This document shows positions 1-7,312 of a stretch of DNA of 11,819 nt, piece after piece. The notes beneath the pieces are model-generated. The model had not been told where the DNA came from. It worked only from the letters and a program-made list of their open reading frames with translations, and ran no database searches. Source of the stretch: an uncultured Candidatus Saccharibacteria bacterium (GTDB lineage: Bacteria; Patescibacteriota; Minisyncoccia; Minisyncoccales; Staskawiczbacteraceae); contig CAZGLJ010000016.1 of NCBI GenBank assembly GCA_964526025.1, positions 2,384 to 14,202 on the forward strand, given 5' to 3'. How positions within the stretch are numbered: the first letter of the stretch is position 1; every line of letters starts with the position of its first letter. Both the position numbers and the translations under genes were made by a program.

Positions 1-57
1 TACCCGTACCGCCCAAAAAACAGTAAAAAACAAAAGTTTAAAGAACTAAATCAATTT

Positions 58-411
58 ATGGATAAAAAAATAATCGAAGAATTAAAAGAAAGGCTAGAAT
101 CTGAAAAAGAATCCATCCAAAAAGAATTGGAAAATTTTGCAAAAAAAGACGACCAGCCGAAAGGCGACTGGGAAACCCGTTATCCAAACCGCGAGAACGG
201 AACCATGGAAGAAGAGGCAGATGAAGTGCAAGAATATGGCAACATGCTCCCAGTAGAACACAGCTTGGAGTTGAAACTAAAAGCTGTGAATTCGGCTTTA
301 GAAAAAATTAAAAACGGAAAATACAGCATCTGCGAAAAATGCGGCAAAGAAATAGAAGAAAAAAGGCTGAGGGCCGTCCCGGAGGCAAAAACGCATCTAA
401 AATGCAGATAG
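58..411 (+). CDS. DksA/TraR-family C4-type zinc-finger protein (general-stress YocK/YteA-like)
   Basis: 117 aa. N-terminal acidic coiled-coil region. C-terminus SICEKCGKEIEEKRLRAVPEAKTHLKC fits the DksA/TraR C-x2-C-x17-C-x2-C zinc finger and the conserved RLeAvP core. His sits at the third Cys position, giving a CCHC variant. Confidence 0.7.
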   Translation: MDKKIIEELKERLESEKESIQKELENFAKKDDQPKGDWETRYPNRENGTMEEEADEVQEYGNMLPVEHSLELKLKAVNSALEKIKNGKYSICEKCGKEIEEKRLRAVPEAKTHLKCR

Positions 412-423
412 AGTCATTTTAAA

Positions 424-457
424 CAAAAAAATCCGAGAAGATTCTCGGATTTTTTTG
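424..457. terminator. Bidirectional rho-independent terminator between convergent genes
   Basis: 8-bp stem atccgaga (431-438) / tctcggat (443-450) with 4-nt loop. A7 on the 5' side (424-430) and T6 on the 3' side (451-456), so it is functional on both strands. Confidence 0.6.
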
Positions 458-475
458 TTTGTTAGTGATAATTTA

Positions 476-1627
476 TTATTTTAAGTCTATCGTTGTACCG
501 ACATAATATTTTGCCAAAGGATTTTTAGCGCCAGTCACTCCAAAGTGCAAATGGCAGCCAGTTGAAAGCCCGTCACCCGCAGTTCCAGTCCCTCCGCCCA
601 CCAAAGCAATCCTATCGCCCACATTCACCTTGTCGCCCGGCTTTACAAAAATTGTCATTAAGTGGCCGTAATATGTTGTGATTCCGTTTGAATGCAGTAT
701 TGTCAAATAGTTTCCCCCTCCAAAATTATATCCATATTTTACTCTTTGTATTGCGCCAGAGGCTGCAGCATAAATCGGCGTTCCGCATTTATTTGCCACA
801 TCAATAGCGTTATAAAAATGAAGACCTTGTGAAATGCGCCCGCTTGTCGGATAAATAAAGAAATTATCAGCTAAAGGAATTTGGTTATTTATTAAAGGCG
901 CTGATTTTTTAGGCATTACGCCTCCTGGCGCAATTAAAATATCACCGATATAAATGTCATCCTGATTAACAAGGTTGTTAAAGGCTATAATATCTTCAGA
1001 TTGCGCTTTATATTTTTGGGCAATTGCGCTTAAAGTGTCGCCAGACTTTACAATATGCAAAACTCCGTCTACAGGCAATATAACTAAACTTTGACCCACC
1101 TTAATTGTTGAAGAGCTTGTCAGGTCATTTGCCCAAAACAAGGTATTTATTGATATATCATAAGCTGCTGCGATAGACTGCAAAGTGTCGCCAGCCTGCA
1201 CAATATAATCAAGTATATCTTTTCTGTCCCGAGAATTTCCCCCAAATACATTTCCTAAAACTTTCCCAGACACCACGCGGGGAGTAGATATCCCGTAAAT
1301 AGTATTATCTTGTATTATTTTTAAATCGGGCGTTTCTAACGGCGATCCATCGCTCTGGCTATAGAATAAACCGTCTTTATTTAAATTATCTGGATTATCA
1401 AAAAAAGAATTAAAAAATACAATATGGCTATTATCTAAACCATTAAAACTGGCGAAGCTATCTTCTAACGAATAATACATTATTCCAAACAGAATAAATA
1501 CGGTCAAACCAAAATAAAAGAAAGGATTTTTAAATAATCCCCTTGATTCTGTTTTTTTTCGCATCTCTTTAAAGGAGACCTTAAGCTCCTTTATCCATAT
1601 TGTAATTTTGCTGAGTATTTTTAACAA
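476..1627 (-). CDS. Peptidoglycan DD-metalloendopeptidase: N-terminal TM anchor, two LysM domains, C-terminal M23 peptidase domain
   Basis: 383 aa. Hydrophobic segment GLTVFILFGIMYY near the N-terminus. Two LysM repeats (YIVQAGDTLQSIAAAYDISINTLFWANDL... and HIVKSGDTLSAIAQKYKAQSEDIIAFNNL...). M23 signature near the C-terminus (HFYNAIDVA, YYGHLMTIFVKPGDKVNVGDRIALVG, GCHLHFGV). Confidence 0.85.
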   Translation of the reverse strand: MLKILSKITIWIKELKVSFKEMRKKTESRGLFKNPFFYFGLTVFILFGIMYYSLEDSFASFNGLDNSHIVFFNSFFDNPDNLNKDGLFYSQSDGSPLETPDLKIIQDNTIYGISTPRVVSGKVLGNVFGGNSRDRKDILDYIVQAGDTLQSIAAAYDISINTLFWANDLTSSSTIKVGQSLVILPVDGVLHIVKSGDTLSAIAQKYKAQSEDIIAFNNLVNQDDIYIGDILIAPGGVMPKKSAPLINNQIPLADNFFIYPTSGRISQGLHFYNAIDVANKCGTPIYAAASGAIQRVKYGYNFGGGNYLTILHSNGITTYYGHLMTIFVKPGDKVNVGDRIALVGGGTGTAGDGLSTGCHLHFGVTGAKNPLAKYYVGTTIDLK

Positions 1628-1687
1628 CGTACTTTCAATTTACCATTTTAAAAACCTTTGGTCAAGAAGTTATGCACACATCTTTAT

Positions 1688-1698
1688 TGTGTTATAAT
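1688..1698 (+). promoter_or_regulatory. Extended -10 element (TGtTATAAT) immediately upstream of ksgA; possible leaderless transcript
   Basis: tgtTATAAT at 1690-1698, then 6 nt, then the ATG at 1705. A weak -35-like ttatgc lies 17 nt upstream. No Shine-Dalgarno between -10 and ATG. Confidence 0.3.
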
Positions 1699-1704
1699 AT
1701 TCAA

Positions 1705-2550
1705 ATGGAACTCACTTCTCTAAAAATAATAAAAGAACTTTTCTCAAAATATGAGGCTCGGCCATTGAAAAGATTGGGCCAGAATTTTTTAATTGATAAA
1801 AATGTTCTCCAAAAAATCATCAATGCAGCAGATTTAAATAAAAATGATATTGTTTTAGAGATAGGACCCGGAATAGGCGCGCTTACACAAGAATTAGCGA
1901 AAAATACTAAAAAAGTGATCGCGATAGAAAAAGATAAAAAAATGATAGAAATCTTAAAAGAAACATTAAAAGATTATAAAAATGCAGAAGTAATTTATGG
2001 CGACGTTTTAAAAATTTTGGAATTAGAAAATTATTTAAAAATTACAAAATTAAAAATTAAAAATTATAAAGTAGTAGCAAATATTCCTTATTATCTAACC
2101 TCTCCACTAATCCGAAAATTTTTAGAGAGTAAAAACCCTCCGCAAGAAATTATTTTGATGGTCCAAAAAGAAGTGGCGCAAAGAATTTGCTCAAAACCGC
2201 CCGATATGAATCTTCTGGCGGTTTCTGTCCAGTTTTATGCAGAGCCAAAAATTATGAACTATGTTTCAAAAAATTGTTTTTGGCCTGCCCCAAAAGTTGA
2301 CTCTGCAATAATAAAAATAGTTCCCGGACGTCGGACGTCCCAAGAACTTTTCTTTAAAGTTGTCAGAGCCGGGTTTTCCCAGCCAAGAAAACAGCTTGTT
2401 AATAACTTGACTACCTTAAAATCTTTAAATGGTGTAAAATTAGATAAATATAAAGTCGCTGACTGGCTTTTAAAAAATAACACAAATCCTAATCAAAGAG
2501 CAGAAACTTTGAGTGTCAGTGATTGGATAAACCTAACTCAAAATTTTTAA
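1705..2550 (+). CDS. rsmA: 16S rRNA (adenine1518/1519-N6)-dimethyltransferase KsgA/RsmA
   Basis: LGQNFLID, SAM-binding VLEIGPGIGALTQELA, and NIPYYLTSPLI motifs. N-terminus MELTSLKIIKELFSKYEARPLKRLGQNFL aligns with the B. subtilis KsgA N-terminus, so ATG 1705 is preferred over the longer ORF start at 1672 (MHTSLLCYNIQ extension). Confidence 0.9.
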   Translation: MELTSLKIIKELFSKYEARPLKRLGQNFLIDKNVLQKIINAADLNKNDIVLEIGPGIGALTQELAKNTKKVIAIEKDKKMIEILKETLKDYKNAEVIYGDVLKILELENYLKITKLKIKNYKVVANIPYYLTSPLIRKFLESKNPPQEIILMVQKEVAQRICSKPPDMNLLAVSVQFYAEPKIMNYVSKNCFWPAPKVDSAIIKIVPGRRTSQELFFKVVRAGFSQPRKQLVNNLTTLKSLNGVKLDKYKVADWLLKNNTNPNQRAETLSVSDWINLTQNF

Positions 2551-2559
2551 ATTATAATT

Positions 2560-2898
2560 ATGTTTAACGGAGAAAGGTCAAAAAATGAAAGTTTTGAAGA
2601 AGAAAAAAGCCCAGAGCAAGTTGTAAGCAATGCTGTGTCTACGGTTGAGAATAAAGATGCAATAGATTCTGTTATTTCTTCGGAGTGGACATCTAAAGCC
2701 AAAGGTTATGCAAAAACATCGGGCGAGATAGCAGGTGTTTCGTTGGGTGTGTCTCTTATTCTTACCGCTAAAACGCTTTTGGGCATTTTAAAATTTACTA
2801 AAAAAGCTATCCAAAAAAAGGGCCAAATTGGATTTGGCGAAGGGTATGAAATTGGAAAAGAAATATTTTCAAATGAAAATAAAAAAGATAAAAAATAA
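2560..2898 (+). CDS. Hypothetical small protein with one predicted TM helix
   Basis: 112 aa. Acidic hydrophilic N-terminus, a single hydrophobic segment IAGVSLGVSLILTAKTLLGIL, and a Lys-rich tail. Starts 10 nt after the ksgA stop, so likely co-transcribed. No recognisable family. Confidence 0.5.
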   Translation: MFNGERSKNESFEEEKSPEQVVSNAVSTVENKDAIDSVISSEWTSKAKGYAKTSGEIAGVSLGVSLILTAKTLLGILKFTKKAIQKKGQIGFGEGYEIGKEIFSNENKKDKK

Positions 2899-2903
2899 CT
2901 TAA

Positions 2904-3179
2904 ATGGCATCTAATAAATTTTTAGAAAATTTGTCGTCAGCACAAGCAGACTTAAATTCAAGAATTTTTGATTTAGTAATTGGCAGGGTTTTTAAAAAAG
3001 CTTATTTATATCTTGATGAAAGAGGCGGAGAGGGCGTACAAAAAGTTTTTCTTTCGGCCGATGAGAAGGAAAAAGAAAATTTTATTAAAAAACATATACC
3101 CAATTTTAAAATGTTTTTTAAAGAAGAGACACAAAAAATTGGGAAGGAAATTAAGTCAGAAATAGAAAAACAGTTTTGA
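2904..3179 (+). CDS. Hypothetical small soluble protein
   Basis: 91 aa, charged (K/E-rich), no TM segment. 5-nt gap from the preceding ORF. No recognisable motif. Confidence 0.45.
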   Translation: MASNKFLENLSSAQADLNSRIFDLVIGRVFKKAYLYLDERGGEGVQKVFLSADEKEKENFIKKHIPNFKMFFKEETQKIGKEIKSEIEKQF

Positions 3180-3297
3180 AAATCGAGTAATGATTAAATT
3201 ATTCTGAATCGAATTAACGGTCAAAAACTCTCAATGTTTCTGGTTGGGTAAATTTAACAAAGAATTTTTAAAATTCACCCGGTTAAATAATCTTGCT

Positions 3298-5223
3298 ATG
3301 AATTTTTTTCCAAAAATTTTAAAACAGAAAAAAACAATTATTTTTGCTCTACTGTTTTTGATTATCCTAGGAATTTTTTTACCAAAACCCGCATCTGCAG
3401 GTTTTTGGTGTAATGTTGGAATACTAGTGTCTCCTACTGGAGCAGGATTATTAGGGTGCAGTCCCGTAGACACAATAAAAGATGCTTATAATTCTACTGT
3501 TGGCCAGGCAGTGTCATCTGTTGCACAAGATCTTGGGATAGCAGTATTAAAAGGGTTAGCAGATGGAGTTTATTATATCGGGCAAGCTATAGGATGGCTA
3601 GGTCAGCATCTTTTTGGAATAGCAATACAAATTTTAGATTGGCCAATAACTACATTCGACGTATTCACCAAAGGATGGGCTGCTGTAAGAGATATAGCTA
3701 ATATGCTAATTGTGCTTGGACTTGTAGTTGTTGGAATAGCCACCACTTTAAGAATTCAAGACTACCAAGCAAAAAAGCTTTTATTGCCGTTAATAGTTAT
3801 AGCGCTTTTAATTAATTTTTCAGGTTTATTTTGTGGAATAATAATTGATGCATCTAATATAGCAGTAAAAACCTTAACACAACAAGGGGTAATGAGCGGA
3901 AGCGGCGAACAGGCCACTATTTATAATACAATTGTAGCCAGAGTAAACGACACCTTTGCACAAGACGATGTCAAAAATAACGTAACAAAATATGTAAAAG
4001 CTGATATTGAGTTTGCATTAGTATTTATTATGGTAGGAATTGTTTTCTTTTATTTATCTTTAATACTGCTTGCAAGATATGGCGTGCTTGCAGTTTTATA
4101 TATATTATCTCCTTTAGCTTTTATATGTTGGGTATTCCCTCAGACACAAAAAATATGGACGGAATGGTGGGAGAATTTTATTAAGTGGACTTTTATTGGA
4201 GTAGGCGCCTCATTTTTTGTATGGATTTCTGATAGTGTATTAAAAGGCCTGCTTCTTTCTAATAATAATAAATTAAGTGATGTTGGACTTTTAGTTGTAT
4301 TATTAATTTTAGTCGTTGGATTTAAAATAACGACAAGGAGCAGTGGCATGGGAGCAAGTGCGGTAATAGGATTAGCGGGAGCTGCCTTAACAGGGGGCGC
4401 TGGACTCGCAGCCGGAATGGCTCTTGGCGCAGCTAAGGGTGGCGGCAAAATGTTGGGTAAAGGAGCAGATGCTGCATCTGGAGGACGACTATCAGCCGCC
4501 GGGCAAAGGATTAGTTCTGCAACCGGACGAGCTATGGAAAATCTTGGACTTCGTAAAACCGGGACTACTGCGCTATCTAGAGCAGGTGAATTAGGAGAAT
4601 CTGAGAAGAGATATAGCGCATTAATTGCGCAGGGCGATCTTGCTTCGGTCCAACGAACAGCAAGAGGTGAAGGAATGAATAAAAGCCCGAAAGAAAGAGG
4701 AGGGGCTGCTGCCGCTCTGCTTAAATCTAAAAACTTTGATACAACTAATGCTAAAGAAGTTGCTAGTCTTACTCATTTCCAAAGCCAAGGCGGCAATCTA
4801 AGCGAATATAGCGCAAAAGATCCGCGGCTATCGTACCATGATATTTCTGCGACTCGCAATACTGTGACAAAAGAAAAGGCAAAAGGCAATATATTGACAG
4901 AAGAGCGGGCCGCACAAAAAAATGTTGATGATGGTTATGCAAGACTTGGAGTAAGAGGCATGAGAGACCTCTCCGCAAATGCTATGGATGTAAATTTCTT
5001 TAGAAATACCAAACCAGAAAAAAATACAAAAGCATCAGATGAATATTCAGATGCCCAAATAAAAAAGCAAAAACAATATATAACACCCGGTACTCCTGAA
5101 AGAAAAGAATACGAGGCAACAATGATAAATCTTAGAAAGAGCGGCATTGCTAAAGACATGATTGAATATAGAAGAATGAGAGACCATTTGATCGAAATGG
5201 GCAAAAATCCAAATCTTAAATAA
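3298..5223 (+). CDS. VirB6/TrbL-like polytopic membrane protein of a T4SS-like cluster (signal peptide, exported N-domain, multi-TM core, Gly/Ala-rich linker, long hydrophilic C-terminal tail)
   Basis: ATG at 3298 (MNFFPKILKQKK-hydrophobic-PKPASA|GF) gives a canonical signal peptide; the ORF-track start at 3244 is a TTG. At least 6 long hydrophobic helices between about aa 100 and 360. Then GMGASAVIGLAGAALTGGAGLAAGMALGAAKGGG and about 250 aa of charged tail. This architecture, and the position upstream of prgI-like/virB4, resemble VirB6/TrbL/PrgH-type channel subunits. The family assignment is inferential. Confidence 0.5.
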   Translation: MNFFPKILKQKKTIIFALLFLIILGIFLPKPASAGFWCNVGILVSPTGAGLLGCSPVDTIKDAYNSTVGQAVSSVAQDLGIAVLKGLADGVYYIGQAIGWLGQHLFGIAIQILDWPITTFDVFTKGWAAVRDIANMLIVLGLVVVGIATTLRIQDYQAKKLLLPLIVIALLINFSGLFCGIIIDASNIAVKTLTQQGVMSGSGEQATIYNTIVARVNDTFAQDDVKNNVTKYVKADIEFALVFIMVGIVFFYLSLILLARYGVLAVLYILSPLAFICWVFPQTQKIWTEWWENFIKWTFIGVGASFFVWISDSVLKGLLLSNNNKLSDVGLLVVLLILVVGFKITTRSSGMGASAVIGLAGAALTGGAGLAAGMALGAAKGGGKMLGKGADAASGGRLSAAGQRISSATGRAMENLGLRKTGTTALSRAGELGESEKRYSALIAQGDLASVQRTARGEGMNKSPKERGGAAAALLKSKNFDTTNAKEVASLTHFQSQGGNLSEYSAKDPRLSYHDISATRNTVTKEKAKGNILTEERAAQKNVDDGYARLGVRGMRDLSANAMDVNFFRNTKPEKNTKASDEYSDAQIKKQKQYITPGTPERKEYEATMINLRKSGIAKDMIEYRRMRDHLIEMGKNPNLK

Positions 5224-5240
5224 AATTTATTTTAGATAAT

Positions 5241-5774
5241 ATGGAAGACAATTTATTAGATGAAGAGGATAAATCAAGTGTTACTTATCTGCTCTCAGAA
5301 ATATTAAAAAAATATGGATTAGAAGAGGATCCCGATAGAGCTTTTGAAAAGATAGAAAAATTTGCGCCAACTAACGGCGATATTGCAAGCAAAATATGCA
5401 GCGACTTGGCAAAAAATTTAGTTTCTGAGCCAGATGCAGCGCTATCTTTGACAAAGAATTTGGGCATGCCAGAAGAAAAAGCCAAACAAATTATAACTGA
5501 AATAAAAAATATTGTTTTGCCGCCGCTAAAAGAGTTTTTAACAAAAAGAGCTAAAATTTTTCAGGATGAAAATACAAAAAAACCAGTCGAGAAAAACTCT
5601 GGTCAAACTTTTACTCCACCGCCAACCCAGCCAAAAAAAGATACAGAAATTATGAATAAAGAAAAAATTATAAGAAAAGCAAAAACGATTAAAAAATTTG
5701 ATGATAATTTAAAATCAATACCACAACAAAAGCAAACAAGAGGACCAGACAACTACAGAGAACCAATTGAGTAA
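5241..5774 (+). CDS. Hypothetical acidic/Lys-rich protein with Pro-rich segment
   Basis: 177 aa, starting 17 nt after the VirB6-like stop. Contains TFTPPPTQPKKD and no TM segment. No recognisable family. Confidence 0.5.
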   Translation: MEDNLLDEEDKSSVTYLLSEILKKYGLEEDPDRAFEKIEKFAPTNGDIASKICSDLAKNLVSEPDAALSLTKNLGMPEEKAKQIITEIKNIVLPPLKEFLTKRAKIFQDENTKKPVEKNSGQTFTPPPTQPKKDTEIMNKEKIIRKAKTIKKFDDNLKSIPQQKQTRGPDNYREPIE

Positions 5775-5785
5775 AAAATTGTAAT

Positions 5786-5826
5786 AAAAAAGGGCAAATC
5801 ACACGTTAGTGCTTGCCCTTTTTGAT
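5786..5826. terminator. Bidirectional rho-independent terminator between convergent genes (5241..5774 + and 5857..7173 -)
   Basis: Stem aagggcaa (5790-5797) / ttgccctt (5813-5820) with a 15-nt loop. A-run upstream (5785-5789) and T-run downstream (5819-5824). Confidence 0.55.
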
Positions 5827-5856
5827 TCTGCAAAAACAGAACCCTTCTACTCCTTT

Positions 5857-7173
5857 CTATTTAAATCCAAAACGTTTTTTCTCTTCGTCGGTCAGGCCTG
5901 TCCGGAATGCGGCTTCTTTCTCCTCCTCGGTCATGTCTGACAACTTTTTATTTTTGCCTCCTTGCTGGCCAGGATTTCCTTTTTGGTCAATGGAAGGATT
6001 TCCACTAGGATTTCCGCTACCTTTTAGTGCCGCCATAATTTCCTTGGCGACACCTGCCAGACCAAGCAAATCGCTGCCAACAGCGGTTTTTGCTCCGCTT
6101 GTGTCAATGATCGTTCTGGTCGCTTTTCCTCGCTCTACCTGAACGAGTCTAAACGCCTCATCCGAGGTCAACCCAGAATGTTCTTCCATGAGCTTTTTTG
6201 CCCTGGCAGAAATGTTCTCTATTTCTACCCGATCGGCTTCTCTCTCTCTCCTTTCTTTTTCTTCCTGGTCTGCCGCCTGGGCAACTGCTCCTTCAACCTT
6301 AATTTCATTGACAACAAACATAACAATCGTAATTCCTAAACTCCTGTCTCCAACCTCTCCTCTGCCTTCTCTTATGTGCCTTACTATTTCTCTCCTTTCT
6401 CTAATGGCGGCACTTATTCTCTCTCTTTCTTCTAATGTCAGGCCATCATAATACGACTGCAATCCGTCCCAGTTCCATTCGCCAGTATCTGGATTTTTAT
6501 ACGCCCAACCGTTTTTAGGATTAGCATCATACACGGTCGGCTCTGACTGAGGAATGTCAAAAAACCTCATCCAAGTGCTGGTAGGAACAGGGCTGTTAAT
6601 AGGAATCAAACTTTCACGCATGATGGCTTTTACAAGTACCTCATGCGCATCATCTTTTGTTGCTTGCGCTTCCATCCATGTTGACGGACCTTCTTTATTT
6701 GACCTAGCCCAGGTCTTAACGCGGTCCTCAATAATGTCATGAATAATCCTCTTAACGCCTTCTTCTCCCCCTGAATTCAAATATGTAATATATGAATCAG
6801 GGCGATTCTTTATGCCAGCTATCCATGTTATACTAACCTTCACGGACAGCAAGGCGTTGTCTGGCGTTCTTACTTCCTGCGGCTCAAGGTCATAATTTAC
6901 TTTTTCAACTTTAATTAAAATAAAGTTGAAAATAATTGGATAAAGCGGCAACCAACACCATCCTTCGTTTAGCACCACTTCCAATCTTCTCCCTAAAAAA
7001 ACCAATATGGCTTTATGGGGCGGACTGGCGGGCACTATTTTGATTCCATTGTAAACGAATAAATATGTTAGCGCCAAAAAAAATACTCCTCCTAGCCATA
7101 AATAGATGATGCTAAGAACGCTTGATAGCATCACTATAAAAGCCATGGCAAAAATTGTGCAAATCGTTCTCAT
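5857..7173 (-). CDS. SPFH/band-7 (stomatin/prohibitin/HflKC-like) membrane protein with coiled-coil and Gly/Pro/Asn-rich C-terminal tail
   Basis: 438 aa. N-terminal TM helices. SPFH core IVPASPPHKAILVFLGRRLEVVLNEGWCWLPLYPIIFNFILIKVEKVNYDLEPQEVRTPDNALLSVKVSITW matches the band-7 fold pattern (..vvf.lGr....l.pG.h...P....v..v......l.....v.T.Dn). Charged coiled-coil QEEKERREREADRVEIENISARAKK. Strong RBS AAGGAGAGAAAAG-ATG on the minus strand. Confidence 0.8.
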   Translation of the reverse strand: MRTICTIFAMAFIVMLSSVLSIIYLWLGGVFFLALTYLFVYNGIKIVPASPPHKAILVFLGRRLEVVLNEGWCWLPLYPIIFNFILIKVEKVNYDLEPQEVRTPDNALLSVKVSITWIAGIKNRPDSYITYLNSGGEEGVKRIIHDIIEDRVKTWARSNKEGPSTWMEAQATKDDAHEVLVKAIMRESLIPINSPVPTSTWMRFFDIPQSEPTVYDANPKNGWAYKNPDTGEWNWDGLQSYYDGLTLEERERISAAIRERREIVRHIREGRGEVGDRSLGITIVMFVVNEIKVEGAVAQAADQEEKERREREADRVEIENISARAKKLMEEHSGLTSDEAFRLVQVERGKATRTIIDTSGAKTAVGSDLLGLAGVAKEIMAALKGSGNPSGNPSIDQKGNPGQQGGKNKKLSDMTEEEKEAAFRTGLTDEEKKRFGFK

Positions 7174-7202
7174 CTTTTCTCTCCTTATTTTGTTGACAAT
7201 TT

Positions 7203-7223
7203 ACCTGAATACAATATTCAGGT
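7203..7223. promoter_or_regulatory. Perfect inverted repeat (candidate operator or 5'-UTR hairpin) between the -10 element and RBS of the SPFH gene
   Basis: acctgaata-caa-tattcaggt: 9-bp arms (8 bp perfect core cctgaata/tattcagg) with a 3-bp spacer. Located about 11 nt downstream of the -10 hexamer, overlapping the predicted transcription start. Confidence 0.4.
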
Positions 7224-7233
7224 TACTATATTA

Positions 7234-7262
7234 ATTATAGCATAAATAATTACCCATGTCAA
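7234..7262 (-). promoter_or_regulatory. Consensus sigma70-type promoter for the SPFH gene (TTGACA-17 nt-TATAAT)
   Basis: Minus strand reads cTTGACAtgggtaattatttatgcTATAATtaa. The -35 is at 7257-7262 and the -10 at 7234-7239 (plus coordinates), with an exact 17-nt spacer. Confidence 0.55.
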
Positions 7263-7275
7263 GCGTTTTACGGAC

Positions 7276-7312
7276 AAAAAAAGAGACTGACTGGCAATAT
7301 CAGTTAGTCTCT
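7276..7312 (-). terminator. Rho-independent terminator of the zinc-ribbon membrane protein gene
   Basis: Minus-strand RNA reads agagacuaacug-auauugc-cagucagucucu-UUUUUUU. The stem is 12 bp with one mismatch and is followed by a U7 tract (plus-strand A7 at 7276-7282), directly after stop codon 7321-7323. Confidence 0.6.

Noticed and set aside
1672-1704. Longer start for ksgA (MHTSLLCYNIQ-) and TTG start at 3244 for the VirB6-like gene
   Set aside because: The N-terminal extensions have no counterpart in KsgA homologues. The downstream ATGs give a KsgA N-terminus that aligns with B. subtilis KsgA, and a canonical signal peptide for the membrane protein.
2259-2483. Small internal or overlapping ORFs: 2259..2483 (-), 2980..3165 (+), 3231..3473 (-), 4769..4978 (-), 4935..5204 (-), 5285..5485 (-), 7458..7646 (+), 8319..8516 (+), 8329..8583 (-), 10371..10559 (-), 11322..11537 (-), 11612..11812 (-)
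   Set aside because: Each lies within or antisense to a longer ORF carrying recognisable family motifs. None has an RBS or promoter context.
4140-4448. Minus-strand ORF encoding a Pro/Ala-rich peptide (PPPLAAPRAIPAASPAPP...)
   Set aside because: It is the antisense shadow of the GC-rich Gly/Ala-rich segment of the VirB6-like gene. It lies entirely inside a longer, motif-bearing plus-strand CDS.
5813-6742. Plus-strand ORFs 5813..6142, 6188..6451 and 6554..6742 with Ser/Pro/Leu-rich low-complexity translations
   Set aside because: They are antisense to the well-supported SPFH gene. Their composition reflects the CT-rich complement of the Glu/Arg/Lys codons, and they have no start context or motifs.
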